This document shows, one piece after another, positions 8,861 through 16,128 of a stretch of 64,000 nt of DNA; the first letter of the stretch is position 1; every line of letters starts with the position of its first letter. Both the position numbers and the translations under genes were made by a program. This DNA comes from Gaiellaceae bacterium (GTDB lineage: Bacteria > Actinomycetota > Thermoleophilia > Gaiellales > Gaiellaceae): the NCBI GenBank assembly GCA_036265735.1, contig DATAOK010000050.1:3968-67967 (forward strand), written 5' to 3'. The notes under the pieces were generated by a model that worked only from the letters and a program-made list of their open reading frames with translations, was not told where the DNA came from and did not search any database.

Positions 8861-9703
8861 TTACGCGGCGACGAGCCCGCGCGAATAGCCGGTGAGGAGA
8901 TACATGCTCGCGAGACCGGACCACCGGCCGTACGGCTCGAGCAGCTCCGCGGTCTCCCAGCCCTCGACCGGACGCCCGCGCATCGCGCGCAGAAGCTTGA
9001 TGAGACCGAGGTCGCCGACGAGCCCGTAGTCGTACCGTCCAAGCCCTTGCAGGCACACCACACCGACGGACCACGGCCCAAGCCCGCGCTCGCGCTCGAG
9101 CCTTTCCGCGACCACCGATGTTTCGATGTCGTGGAACCGCTCGAGCTCAATCGACCTGCACAGGCGCACCAACGAAGCGCCGCGCCGCGCGTGCAAGCCG
9201 AGCGCGCGCAGGCGCGACGGTGCGAGTGCACCGAGGTCGTCCGTCGTCGGCGCGACGTGCAGCGACTCCGGGCCCGCAGGACAGATCGACCTGATGATCG
9301 TCTGCTCGAGCCGCCGCGCCCGCTTCGCCTCGATCAACTGTCCGCAGTACGCGCGCAGCAGGGCCTGCGCGACCGTCGCGACGCGCACGGGCCGTAGGCC
9401 GCGCAGCGCGCGCGATGCCCGCCCGAGCATCGGATCGTCCCGTACCGCACGCAGGAAGTCGGAGTGGTCGTCGTCGAGCGCGAGGACCCAGCGCAATCGC
9501 TCGACCGCCGCAAGAGACTCTCCGCGGATCGTCACCGTCCCGTCGGTCGACTGCCACGCGCGCGCAAGCTGCGGCGCGCCGTCCACTGCAAGCACCGCTG
9601 TGAAGAGCCCTTCGCGAAATGTCCGCGTCGCATCGCTCGCGAGTCGCGCGGACAGCGCGAGCGAGTACGGCCCGCGTGGTCGAACCGCAAGCTCAGCCGT
9701 CAA
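8861..9703 (-). CDS. DNA-3-methyladenine glycosylase II-like HhH-GPD protein (AlkA family)
   Basis: The HhH-GPD region is LRALGLHARRGASLVRL...GLGPWSVGVVCLQGLGRYDYGLVGDLGL. The track ORF runs to 9844 but that part overlaps the upstream gene. I place the start at TTG 9703..9701, overlapping the upstream TGA. The start is uncertain. Confidence 0.7.
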   Translation of the reverse strand: MTAELAVRPRGPYSLALSARLASDATRTFREGLFTAVLAVDGAPQLARAWQSTDGTVTIRGESLAAVERLRWVLALDDDHSDFLRAVRDDPMLGRASRALRGLRPVRVATVAQALLRAYCGQLIEAKRARRLEQTIIRSICPAGPESLHVAPTTDDLGALAPSRLRALGLHARRGASLVRLCRSIELERFHDIETSVVAERLERERGLGPWSVGVVCLQGLGRYDYGLVGDLGLIKLLRAMRGRPVEGWETAELLEPYGRWSGLASMYLLTGYSRGLVAA

Positions 9704-11034
9704 TGCTCGGCGCGGACGCCCTCGGGCGCAGCGCGCATGCTGAGCTCCGCCGCGCGGTCGAGCACGTCCAGCGCTTCCGTCTCCGCACCCGTCTGGCGGA
9801 GCATCCGGCCCCACGCGCGGCACGCGGTTGCCGCGTGGCGCCACCGTCCCTGTTCCTCGAGGATGCCCACTGCCTCAGCGTACGTGTCGCCTGCGACGGT
9901 GCTATCGCCGACCATCACGAGCCCGTCTGCGAGCGCGGACAACGCGAGAGCACGGTCGACAGGGGACGTCTCGCCCGCGAGCGAGATCGCGAGACGGGCA
10001 AGGCGTACGGCCTCCTCACCGTTTCCTTGCAGGGCCGCGACACGCGACCGCTGCGTCGTGATCTCGAAGCGCTCCTGCGGCGTGACGTTCGCTCCGAGCA
10101 GCGCGTCCGCCTCGTCGAGATGCGTCGCGGCTGCGGCGTGGTCCTCGCGGGAAAGCGTGATGTAGGCGGCGAGAATGTGCGCGCGCGCGAGATTGAGCGT
10201 GTCCTCGGTCGCCTGCAACAACGCGATCGCCTTCCGAACGTTCGTCAGGGCGACCGACTCGCGTCCTTCCGTGTGGGCGAGGCGCGCCATCGACCAGTAG
10301 AGGCGTACGCGCATGTACGGGTCGCCCGTGTCCTTCACGCGCTTGAGGGCATGTCGCACGACTTCCTCGGCGCGCCCGAGGTCGCCCATGTCGCTCAGCA
10401 CATAGCTCAGCAGCGTCGCGTACCGCGCCTCGGCCGTCGTGTCGCCGCGCTCCGAACAGCCGTCGATGCATCGCTCGAACAACTCGACGGCCTCCTGCGG
10501 GCGGCCGGCCTCGGTGTACGCCTTGCCGAGGTTGTAGTAGAGGTCGAAGCGGTCGACCGGGTCGAACGCCTCGCCCTCGAGCGCTTCCTCGAGCAGCATT
10601 GCCGAGCGCGCGTACTCGCGCTTGTTCTGGAGGAACAACGCGAGCGCGAAGCGCGCACGCGATGCCGACGGACGATCGCCGTCGGCGACCGATTCGCGAA
10701 TCGCTTCGTTGAGTGCCTCCTCTGCCCCCTCGTCCTCACCGAGACGAATCGCGAGCTCGAGGTCGATCAGTCGCAGCTCGCGTGCAGCGCGCGGATCGAC
10801 GTCGGATCCCGTCTCGAGGTAGTCGGCCGACACGCCGAGCTTCGCGGCGAGCCGACGCAATGCTTTGACGGAAGGCTGTCGCGATCCCGCTTCGATGCGC
10901 GAGATGTAGGCGTACGAGACTCCAGGGGCGGCCAACTCACGCTGGGAGAAACCCTTCTCCAGCCGCAGGCGCTTGAGCCGCTCCCCAATCGTCTCGCCCG
11001 CGGCTTGCGGAGATTCGGGATGCACCGGATCCAA
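9700..11034 (-). CDS. XRE-family HTH regulator with a long TPR-like C-terminal domain (RRNPP-receptor-like architecture)
   Basis: 444 aa. The HTH is IGERLKRLRLEKGFSQRELAAPGVSYAYISRIEAGSRQPSVKALRRLAAKLGVSADYL, followed by about 370 aa of repeated helical-hairpin (TPR-like) sequence. TTG start at 11034; GTG 11025 is an alternative. Confidence 0.85.
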   Translation of the reverse strand: MDPVHPESPQAAGETIGERLKRLRLEKGFSQRELAAPGVSYAYISRIEAGSRQPSVKALRRLAAKLGVSADYLETGSDVDPRAARELRLIDLELAIRLGEDEGAEEALNEAIRESVADGDRPSASRARFALALFLQNKREYARSAMLLEEALEGEAFDPVDRFDLYYNLGKAYTEAGRPQEAVELFERCIDGCSERGDTTAEARYATLLSYVLSDMGDLGRAEEVVRHALKRVKDTGDPYMRVRLYWSMARLAHTEGRESVALTNVRKAIALLQATEDTLNLARAHILAAYITLSREDHAAAATHLDEADALLGANVTPQERFEITTQRSRVAALQGNGEEAVRLARLAISLAGETSPVDRALALSALADGLVMVGDSTVAGDTYAEAVGILEEQGRWRHAATACRAWGRMLRQTGAETEALDVLDRAAELSMRAAPEGVRAEH

Positions 11035-11115
11035 TTGTGACGGGTTGCCTCGGGTTCGTCAATCGCTACCGCTTGACAACGCGAAGCGCGCTTGTTCTTT
11101 TCGACGGCACACCCC

Positions 11116-11137
11116 GAGTCCCTCGTCCGAGGGACTC
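11116..11137. promoter_or_regulatory. perfect inverted repeat GAGTCCCTC-GTCC-GAGGGACTC upstream of small peptide gene 1
   Basis: Seen directly. It ends 7 nt before the Shine-Dalgarno sequence of the 11157 ORF. It could be an operator or a 5'-UTR hairpin. Confidence 0.4.
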
Positions 11138-11156
11138 CCGAACAAAGGAGGAGCTC

Positions 11157-11255
11157 ATGCTCCGCAACACCACCTACGTCCGCCTGGTCGTCCTCATGAC
11201 GATCCTCGCGGCGCTCGCCCTGATGCTCGGCAGCGAGCCCTGGGGCCCCGCGTAG
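11157..11255 (+). CDS. 32-aa short hydrophobic peptide, paralogue 1 (MLRNTTYVRLVVLMTILAALALMLGSEPWGPA)
   Basis: ATG preceded by AAGGAGGAG at a 5-nt spacing, in frame with track ORF 11037..11255. It has a paralogue 83 nt downstream. The shared C-terminus differs only by synonymous changes. Confidence 0.6.
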   Translation: MLRNTTYVRLVVLMTILAALALMLGSEPWGPA

Positions 11256-11338
11256 GCCGGCGGCCTGCGGCAGGAACGAGGGCGCACGTCCCTTTTCCCA
11301 CACCGCGTCCCGAAGGGGCGCCTACCCAAGGAGGAGCT

Positions 11339-11437
11339 TTGCTTCGCAACACCCTCTATCTGAAGTTCTTCGTCGTCATGGTCGTCCTGGCGTCGCTCGC
11401 ACTCATGCTCGGCAGCGAGCCGTGGGGCCCCGCATAG
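11339..11437 (+). CDS. 32-aa short hydrophobic peptide, paralogue 2 ((TTG)LLRNTLYLKFFVVMVVLASLALMLGSEPWGPA)
   Basis: TTG preceded by AAGGAGGAG at a 4-nt spacing, in frame with track ORF 10973..11437. Same 99-nt length as paralogue 1, and 23/32 residues identical. Confidence 0.55.
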   Translation: MLRNTLYLKFFVVMVVLASLALMLGSEPWGPA

Positions 11438-11453
11438 GTCGATAAACGCTACG

Positions 11454-11480
11454 GCGGGCGGGAGTGCGACTCCCGCCCGC
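11454..11480 (+). terminator. 12-bp perfect stem-loop GCGGGCGGGAGT-GCG-ACTCCCGCCCGC
   Basis: Seen directly, 16 nt after the peptide-2 stop and 14 nt before the next GTG start. There is no U-tract. Confidence 0.5.
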
Positions 11481-11494
11481 TGTACCCTCGCGCC

Positions 11495-12925
11495 GTGACG
11501 GTCGTCGAGCTTTGCGTCTACGCGCTGCTCCTCGCCGTCGGAGCGGCCGTCGTCTGGCGCTGCCCGCTCGCCGCGCTCTACCTCTTCGTCGTCGGTCTCG
11601 CGCTGCACAACGCCGTGATGGCGGCGCTCTACAAGGCCGGCGTCCACGGAGCGACGCTCACCACGATCACCGCGTGGAAGGAGATCCTGCTCGCGGTCGC
11701 ATTGCTGCACGTCGCGCTCGACGCATGGCGCGAGCGGCGGCTGCCGTTCGCGTGGAACGTCATCGACTGGATCGCCGTCGCCTTCGCGACGTTGGCAATT
11801 CTCTATGTGTTCATTCCACAGTCCGCGCTCGACGGCGCCGCCGACCACAAGGCGATTGCACTCGGCCTGCGTCACGACGTCGTCCCGGTTGGCGCGTACT
11901 TCCTCGGACGCTCGCTCATCATGCGGCGCGAAGACCTCTACCGCATCGGCTGGACGCTGCTCGGCGTCGGCGCCTTCGTCGCGGCCCTCGGCATCGTCGA
12001 CATGTATGCGGTCTCGATCGGCTGGTGGCGGACGAACGGAGTGATCGACTACTTCCATCGGCACCTCGGCTACGACTACCACGGCACCGGCACGCGGACG
12101 GAGTCGACCGGCGCCGTGTACGGCCTGCCCGAGAACTTCATCTACAACGTCGGGAACGACAAGCCGTTCCTGCGGCGCCTCGTCTCGACGTTCCTCTCTC
12201 CGCTCGCAAGCGGCTATCTCTTCGTCGTCGCACTGCTGATCGGCTTGCACGCACGTGCACTCGCCGTTGCGCTGTCCGTCGTCGTCGCGGCAGGCCTACT
12301 CTTCACGTTCTCGAGGTCGTCGCTCGTCGCACTTGCCGGCGCGCTCGTTGTCCGCGCGATCTTGCGCCGCCGTCCCCAGGAGCTCGCCACTGCCGTCGTC
12401 GTGATCGCGGTCGCCGTGGGGTGGGCGCATCTCTTTCCGAAGATCGGCCCGACCGGCCACTTCACGAAGACCGACCTGACGTATCAGCACGCGCAGGCAA
12501 CGAAAGGGCCTGCGACGGGCAACTTCACGGCCGTGAGCGAGAACGAGCCGTCGCTGCACGAGCACTGGACGAGCCTGAAGGACGGCGTGCGCACGATGGT
12601 TCATCATCCGCAGGGCTACGGCCTCGGCAACGTCGGCCAGACCGCGTCGCGCACGGGGACGCCGCTGAAAGCCGGCGAGTCGAACTACACGGAGCTCGGC
12701 GTCGAGCTCGGCGTGATCGGGTCGCTCCTCTGGATTGTGTGGAACCTCGGCGCGCTCTGGCTCGTCCGCCACGAGGTGCGCATCGCCGCTGCGTTCGCCG
12801 CGATTCTCGCGCTTGCGATCCAGACCGACGTGATCGGCGACCCGTGGGTCGCGTATTGCGTCTGGGGTCTCGTCGGGGCATCTGTCCCAAAGAGCGTCTT
12901 GTGGGCGCGCAGCTCGCACATCTAG
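11495..12925 (+). CDS. O-antigen ligase/polymerase-like (Wzy_C family) polytopic membrane protein
   Basis: 476 aa with many TM segments. LLFTFSRSSLVALAGALVV and the periplasmic-loop/C-terminal GESNYTELGVELGVIGSLLWI resemble Wzy_C signatures. Confidence 0.8.
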   Translation: MTVVELCVYALLLAVGAAVVWRCPLAALYLFVVGLALHNAVMAALYKAGVHGATLTTITAWKEILLAVALLHVALDAWRERRLPFAWNVIDWIAVAFATLAILYVFIPQSALDGAADHKAIALGLRHDVVPVGAYFLGRSLIMRREDLYRIGWTLLGVGAFVAALGIVDMYAVSIGWWRTNGVIDYFHRHLGYDYHGTGTRTESTGAVYGLPENFIYNVGNDKPFLRRLVSTFLSPLASGYLFVVALLIGLHARALAVALSVVVAAGLLFTFSRSSLVALAGALVVRAILRRRPQELATAVVVIAVAVGWAHLFPKIGPTGHFTKTDLTYQHAQATKGPATGNFTAVSENEPSLHEHWTSLKDGVRTMVHHPQGYGLGNVGQTASRTGTPLKAGESNYTELGVELGVIGSLLWIVWNLGALWLVRHEVRIAAAFAAILALAIQTDVIGDPWVAYCVWGLVGASVPKSVLWARSSHI

Positions 12926-12934
12926 CGTCGCGGC

Positions 12935-13396
12935 GTGTCACGCCTGCTCGTCGTCGTCGCGATCGCGCTCGCGGTGCTCGCGATCGTGCTGCAGTCGCGT
13001 GAGCATCGTTCGCCTGCAGTTCTCGCCGACCCGGTCCGTACGCCCGGCGTCCTCAATCCCGATGTGACGCAGTCGAACGTCAAGCAGACGATCTGCGTGC
13101 CTGGGTGGACGCGCACGGTGCGCCCGCCGGTCGAGTACACGAACGCGCTCAAGGCGAAGCAGATGCGTGCATACCACGAGCTCGGATCCCCCTCGGACTA
13201 TCAGGAGGACCACCTGATCAGCCTCGAGCTCGGCGGGAACCCGACGGACCCGAGGAATCTCTGGCCCGAGCCGTATCCGCGCGCCGCGCAGGTCGACCGG
13301 CTCGAGAACGATCTGAACGCGAAGGTCTGCAGCGGCGCGCTCTCTCTCGCCGACGCACAGCTCCAGGAAACCGCGCTCAAGCACAGGGACGGCTGA
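12935..13396 (+). CDS. membrane-anchored small protein with an HNH-like motif (EDHLISLELGGNPTDPRNLWP)
   Basis: GTG start and an N-terminal TM anchor MSRLLVVVAIALAVLAIVL. The His-Me-finger-like D-H...N motif was seen by eye. Function unknown. Confidence 0.55.
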   Translation: MSRLLVVVAIALAVLAIVLQSREHRSPAVLADPVRTPGVLNPDVTQSNVKQTICVPGWTRTVRPPVEYTNALKAKQMRAYHELGSPSDYQEDHLISLELGGNPTDPRNLWPEPYPRAAQVDRLENDLNAKVCSGALSLADAQLQETALKHRDG

Positions 13397-13416
13397 CCTC
13401 GGTATCGTCGCCGGAG

Positions 13417-14259
13417 ATGGCAATTGCCCCCGCGACGCACATGGGTCCCGTCGAGCTGTCGGTCGGCGACCTCGATCGCACGCTTGCGTATTGGCAGGAC
13501 GTCGTCGGCCTCCGCGTGCTCGAGCGCGAGAACGGAACCGCGTCGCTCGGCGCCGACACGGAGCTCGTCCGCTTTGTCGAAGAGCCGGGTGCGCGGCCGG
13601 TCGAGGGTCACACCGGCCTCTACCACGTTGCGCTGCTCGTGCCCGATCGGCCGAGTCTCGCGGCCTGGCTTGCGCACGCCGCGCGCGATGCCGTTCGCCT
13701 CGAAGGGCTTTCGGACCATTTCGTCAGCGAGGCGCTGTATCTCCGCGATCCCGACCGGCATGGGATCGAGATCTATGCCGACCGTCCTCGTGACGTCTGG
13801 GAGGACAAGGTGAAGCAGGTGATGACGACGGAGCCGATCGACGTCGAGGACCTCCTCGGCGAGCTCGACGACCCGTCGACCGAGCCGTTCGACGGCCTGC
13901 CGGACGGCACCATCGTCGGCCACACCCATCTCCGGGTCTCCGACATCCCGGCGACGGTCGAGTTCTACCGCGACGTCCTCGGCATGGACGTGATGGCCCA
14001 GCTCGGGCCCGCGGCGGCGTTTCTCTCTGCGGGCGGATATCACCATCACGTCGGGGCGAACACGTGGGAGAGCCGCGGCGCCGGCCCGGCGGGTGAGGGC
14101 TTCGCGACCCTCCGGCACGCAGCGATCGTCCTGCCGGACACCGCCGAGCGCGACCGCGTCGCGGGCCGCGTGGCCGACACCGGCCAGGAGCCGGAGGTAC
14201 GGGAGGACGGCGTCCTCGTCCGGGACCCCTCGCAGAACGCGCTGCTCCTGACAGCCTGA
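13417..14259 (+). CDS. two-domain VOC (glyoxalase/extradiol dioxygenase-like) family protein
   Basis: Internal ATG of track ORF 13105..14259. VELSVGDLDRTLAYWQDVVGLRV and HTHLRVSDIPATVEFYRDVLGMDV are two VOC modules. The start is uncertain. Confidence 0.75.
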   Translation: MAIAPATHMGPVELSVGDLDRTLAYWQDVVGLRVLERENGTASLGADTELVRFVEEPGARPVEGHTGLYHVALLVPDRPSLAAWLAHAARDAVRLEGLSDHFVSEALYLRDPDRHGIEIYADRPRDVWEDKVKQVMTTEPIDVEDLLGELDDPSTEPFDGLPDGTIVGHTHLRVSDIPATVEFYRDVLGMDVMAQLGPAAAFLSAGGYHHHVGANTWESRGAGPAGEGFATLRHAAIVLPDTAERDRVAGRVADTGQEPEVREDGVLVRDPSQNALLLTA

Positions 14260-14286
14260 CCCTTCCGCTATACCTGTGACGAGGCC

Positions 14287-16128
14287 GTGGGCAAGCCCGT
14301 CGAACAACTGTCCCAGGTAATCGTCCGGTTCGCCGGCGATTCCGGCGACGGCATGCAGCTCACCGGCTCCCAGTTCACGTCGGAGACCGCGCTGCTCGGG
14401 AACGACATCTCGACGTTGCCGGACTTTCCCGCTGAGATCCGCGCACCCGCCGGCTCGCTGCCGGGCGTGTCGGGCTTCCAGCTCCACTTCGCCGACCACG
14501 ACATCCTCACACCGGGCGACGCGCCGAACGTGCTCGTCGCGATGAACCCGGCCGCCCTGAAGACGAACATCAAGGACCTGCCGAAAGGCGGGACGCTGAT
14601 CGTCAACTCCGATGCGTTCAACGAGCGCAACCTGCAGAAGGCGGGCTACGCGGAGAGCCCACTCGCCGACGGGTCGTTGGACGAATATCAGGTGCACGAA
14701 GTGCCGTTGACGACGCTCACCGTCGGCGCGCTGAAAGGGATCGAGGGCGTGACGCCGCGCGAGGCCGAGCGCTCGAAGAACATGTTCGCGCTCGGGCTGA
14801 TGTCGTGGCTGTACGGGCGGCCGACGGATGCGACTGAGGCGTTTCTGACGTCGAAGTTCGCGAAGCGGCCCGAGATCGCCGAGGCGAACCTCAAGGCACT
14901 GCGCGCCGGCTACGCGTTCGGCGAGACGACGGAGACGTTCGCGATCACGTACGAGGTGAAGCCCGCGAAGCTCGCGCCGGGGACGTATCGCAACATCACC
15001 GGCAACCAGGCGCTGTCGTACGGGCTGATCGCCGCGTCGAAGCTGGCAGGACTGCCGCTCTTCCTCGGCGCGTATCCGATCACGCCTGCGTCGTCGATCC
15101 TCGAGGAGCTCGCGTCGTACAAGCAGTTCGGTGTGCGGACGTTCCAGGCCGAGGACGAGATCGCCGCCGCCGGCGCCGCGCTCGGCGCGTCCTTCGGCGG
15201 GGCGCTCGGCGTGACGACGTCTGCAGGCCCGGGCATCGTGCTGAAGGCCGAGACGATCGGCCTCGCGATGCAGCTCGAGCTGCCGCTCGTCATTTGCGAC
15301 ATCCAGCGCGCCGGCCCGTCGACCGGGATGCCGACGAAGCCGGAGCAGGGCGACCTGCTCATGGTGCTCTTCGGCCGCAACTCGGAGTCGCCGGTCCCGG
15401 TCGTCGCCGCGATGTCGCCGTCCGACTGCTTCCACGCGGCGATTGAGGCGTGCCGCATCGCGCTCAAGTACCGCACGCCGGTGTACCTCCTCTCGGACGC
15501 GTATCTCGCGAACGGGTCGGAGCCGTGGCTGCTCCCGGACGTCGCGTCCCTGCCCGACATATCGGTCACATTCGCGACGCAACCGAACGACGGCGATGCA
15601 TTCCTCCCGTACCTGCGTGACGACGAGACACTCGCACGGCCGTGGGCCGTGCCCGGCACGCCGGGCCTCGAGCACCGCATCGGCGGGCTCGAGAAGGCTG
15701 ACCGCACCGGCAACGTCTCGTACGACCCGGACAACCACGACCTGATGACGCGGCTGCGCGCGCAGAAGGTCGCGGGCATCGAGGTGCCGGAGCTCGAAGT
15801 CGACGACCCGGACGGCGACGCGTCCGTGCTCGTTCTCGGCTGGGGCGGCACGTACGGGCCGATCGCGGCGGCATGCCGCCGGGTCCGCAACAACGGCCGC
15901 AAGGTCGCGCACGCGCACCTGCGCCATCTCAACCCGTTCCCGCGCAACACAGGCGAGGTGGTCCGCCGGTACGACAAAGTGCTGATCCCGGAGATGAATC
16001 TCGGTCAGCTGCTGAAGCTCATCCGCGCGGAGTTCCTCGTCGATGCGGTCGGCTACAACCGCGTGCGCGGGCTGCCGCTGCGCGCGGCGGAGGTTGCAGA
16101 GGCGATCGAGGCACTGGTGGATCAATGA
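14287..16128 (+). CDS. korA: 2-oxoacid (2-oxoglutarate):ferredoxin oxidoreductase subunit alpha
   Basis: 613 aa. FAGDSGDGMQLTG...AYPITPASSILEEL...GPSTGMPTKPEQGDL are typical of KorA/OorA. Confidence 0.9.
   Translation: MGKPVEQLSQVIVRFAGDSGDGMQLTGSQFTSETALLGNDISTLPDFPAEIRAPAGSLPGVSGFQLHFADHDILTPGDAPNVLVAMNPAALKTNIKDLPKGGTLIVNSDAFNERNLQKAGYAESPLADGSLDEYQVHEVPLTTLTVGALKGIEGVTPREAERSKNMFALGLMSWLYGRPTDATEAFLTSKFAKRPEIAEANLKALRAGYAFGETTETFAITYEVKPAKLAPGTYRNITGNQALSYGLIAASKLAGLPLFLGAYPITPASSILEELASYKQFGVRTFQAEDEIAAAGAALGASFGGALGVTTSAGPGIVLKAETIGLAMQLELPLVICDIQRAGPSTGMPTKPEQGDLLMVLFGRNSESPVPVVAAMSPSDCFHAAIEACRIALKYRTPVYLLSDAYLANGSEPWLLPDVASLPDISVTFATQPNDGDAFLPYLRDDETLARPWAVPGTPGLEHRIGGLEKADRTGNVSYDPDNHDLMTRLRAQKVAGIEVPELEVDDPDGDASVLVLGWGGTYGPIAAACRRVRNNGRKVAHAHLRHLNPFPRNTGEVVRRYDKVLIPEMNLGQLLKLIRAEFLVDAVGYNRVRGLPLRAAEVAEAIEALVDQ

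Noticed and set aside
9619-11040. 473-aa plus-strand ORF overlapping the XRE-TPR regulator
   Set aside because: It is antisense to a gene with a clear HTH and TPR organisation and has no recognisable domain. Same high-GC artefact.
10973-11338. Long versions (72 aa and 154 aa) of the two small-peptide ORFs offered by the track
   Set aside because: The extensions have no SD and would start within or next to the divergent regulator's start. They are not conserved between the two paralogues. The strong AAGGAGGAG sites sit just before the 32-codon versions.
13201-16125. 974-aa minus-strand ORF, the longest in the region
   Set aside because: It is antisense to the well-supported VOC and korA genes. 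The product is an Arg/Ala/Glu/Asp-rich low-information sequence with no motif. This is a typical stop-codon-poor antisense frame of high-GC DNA.
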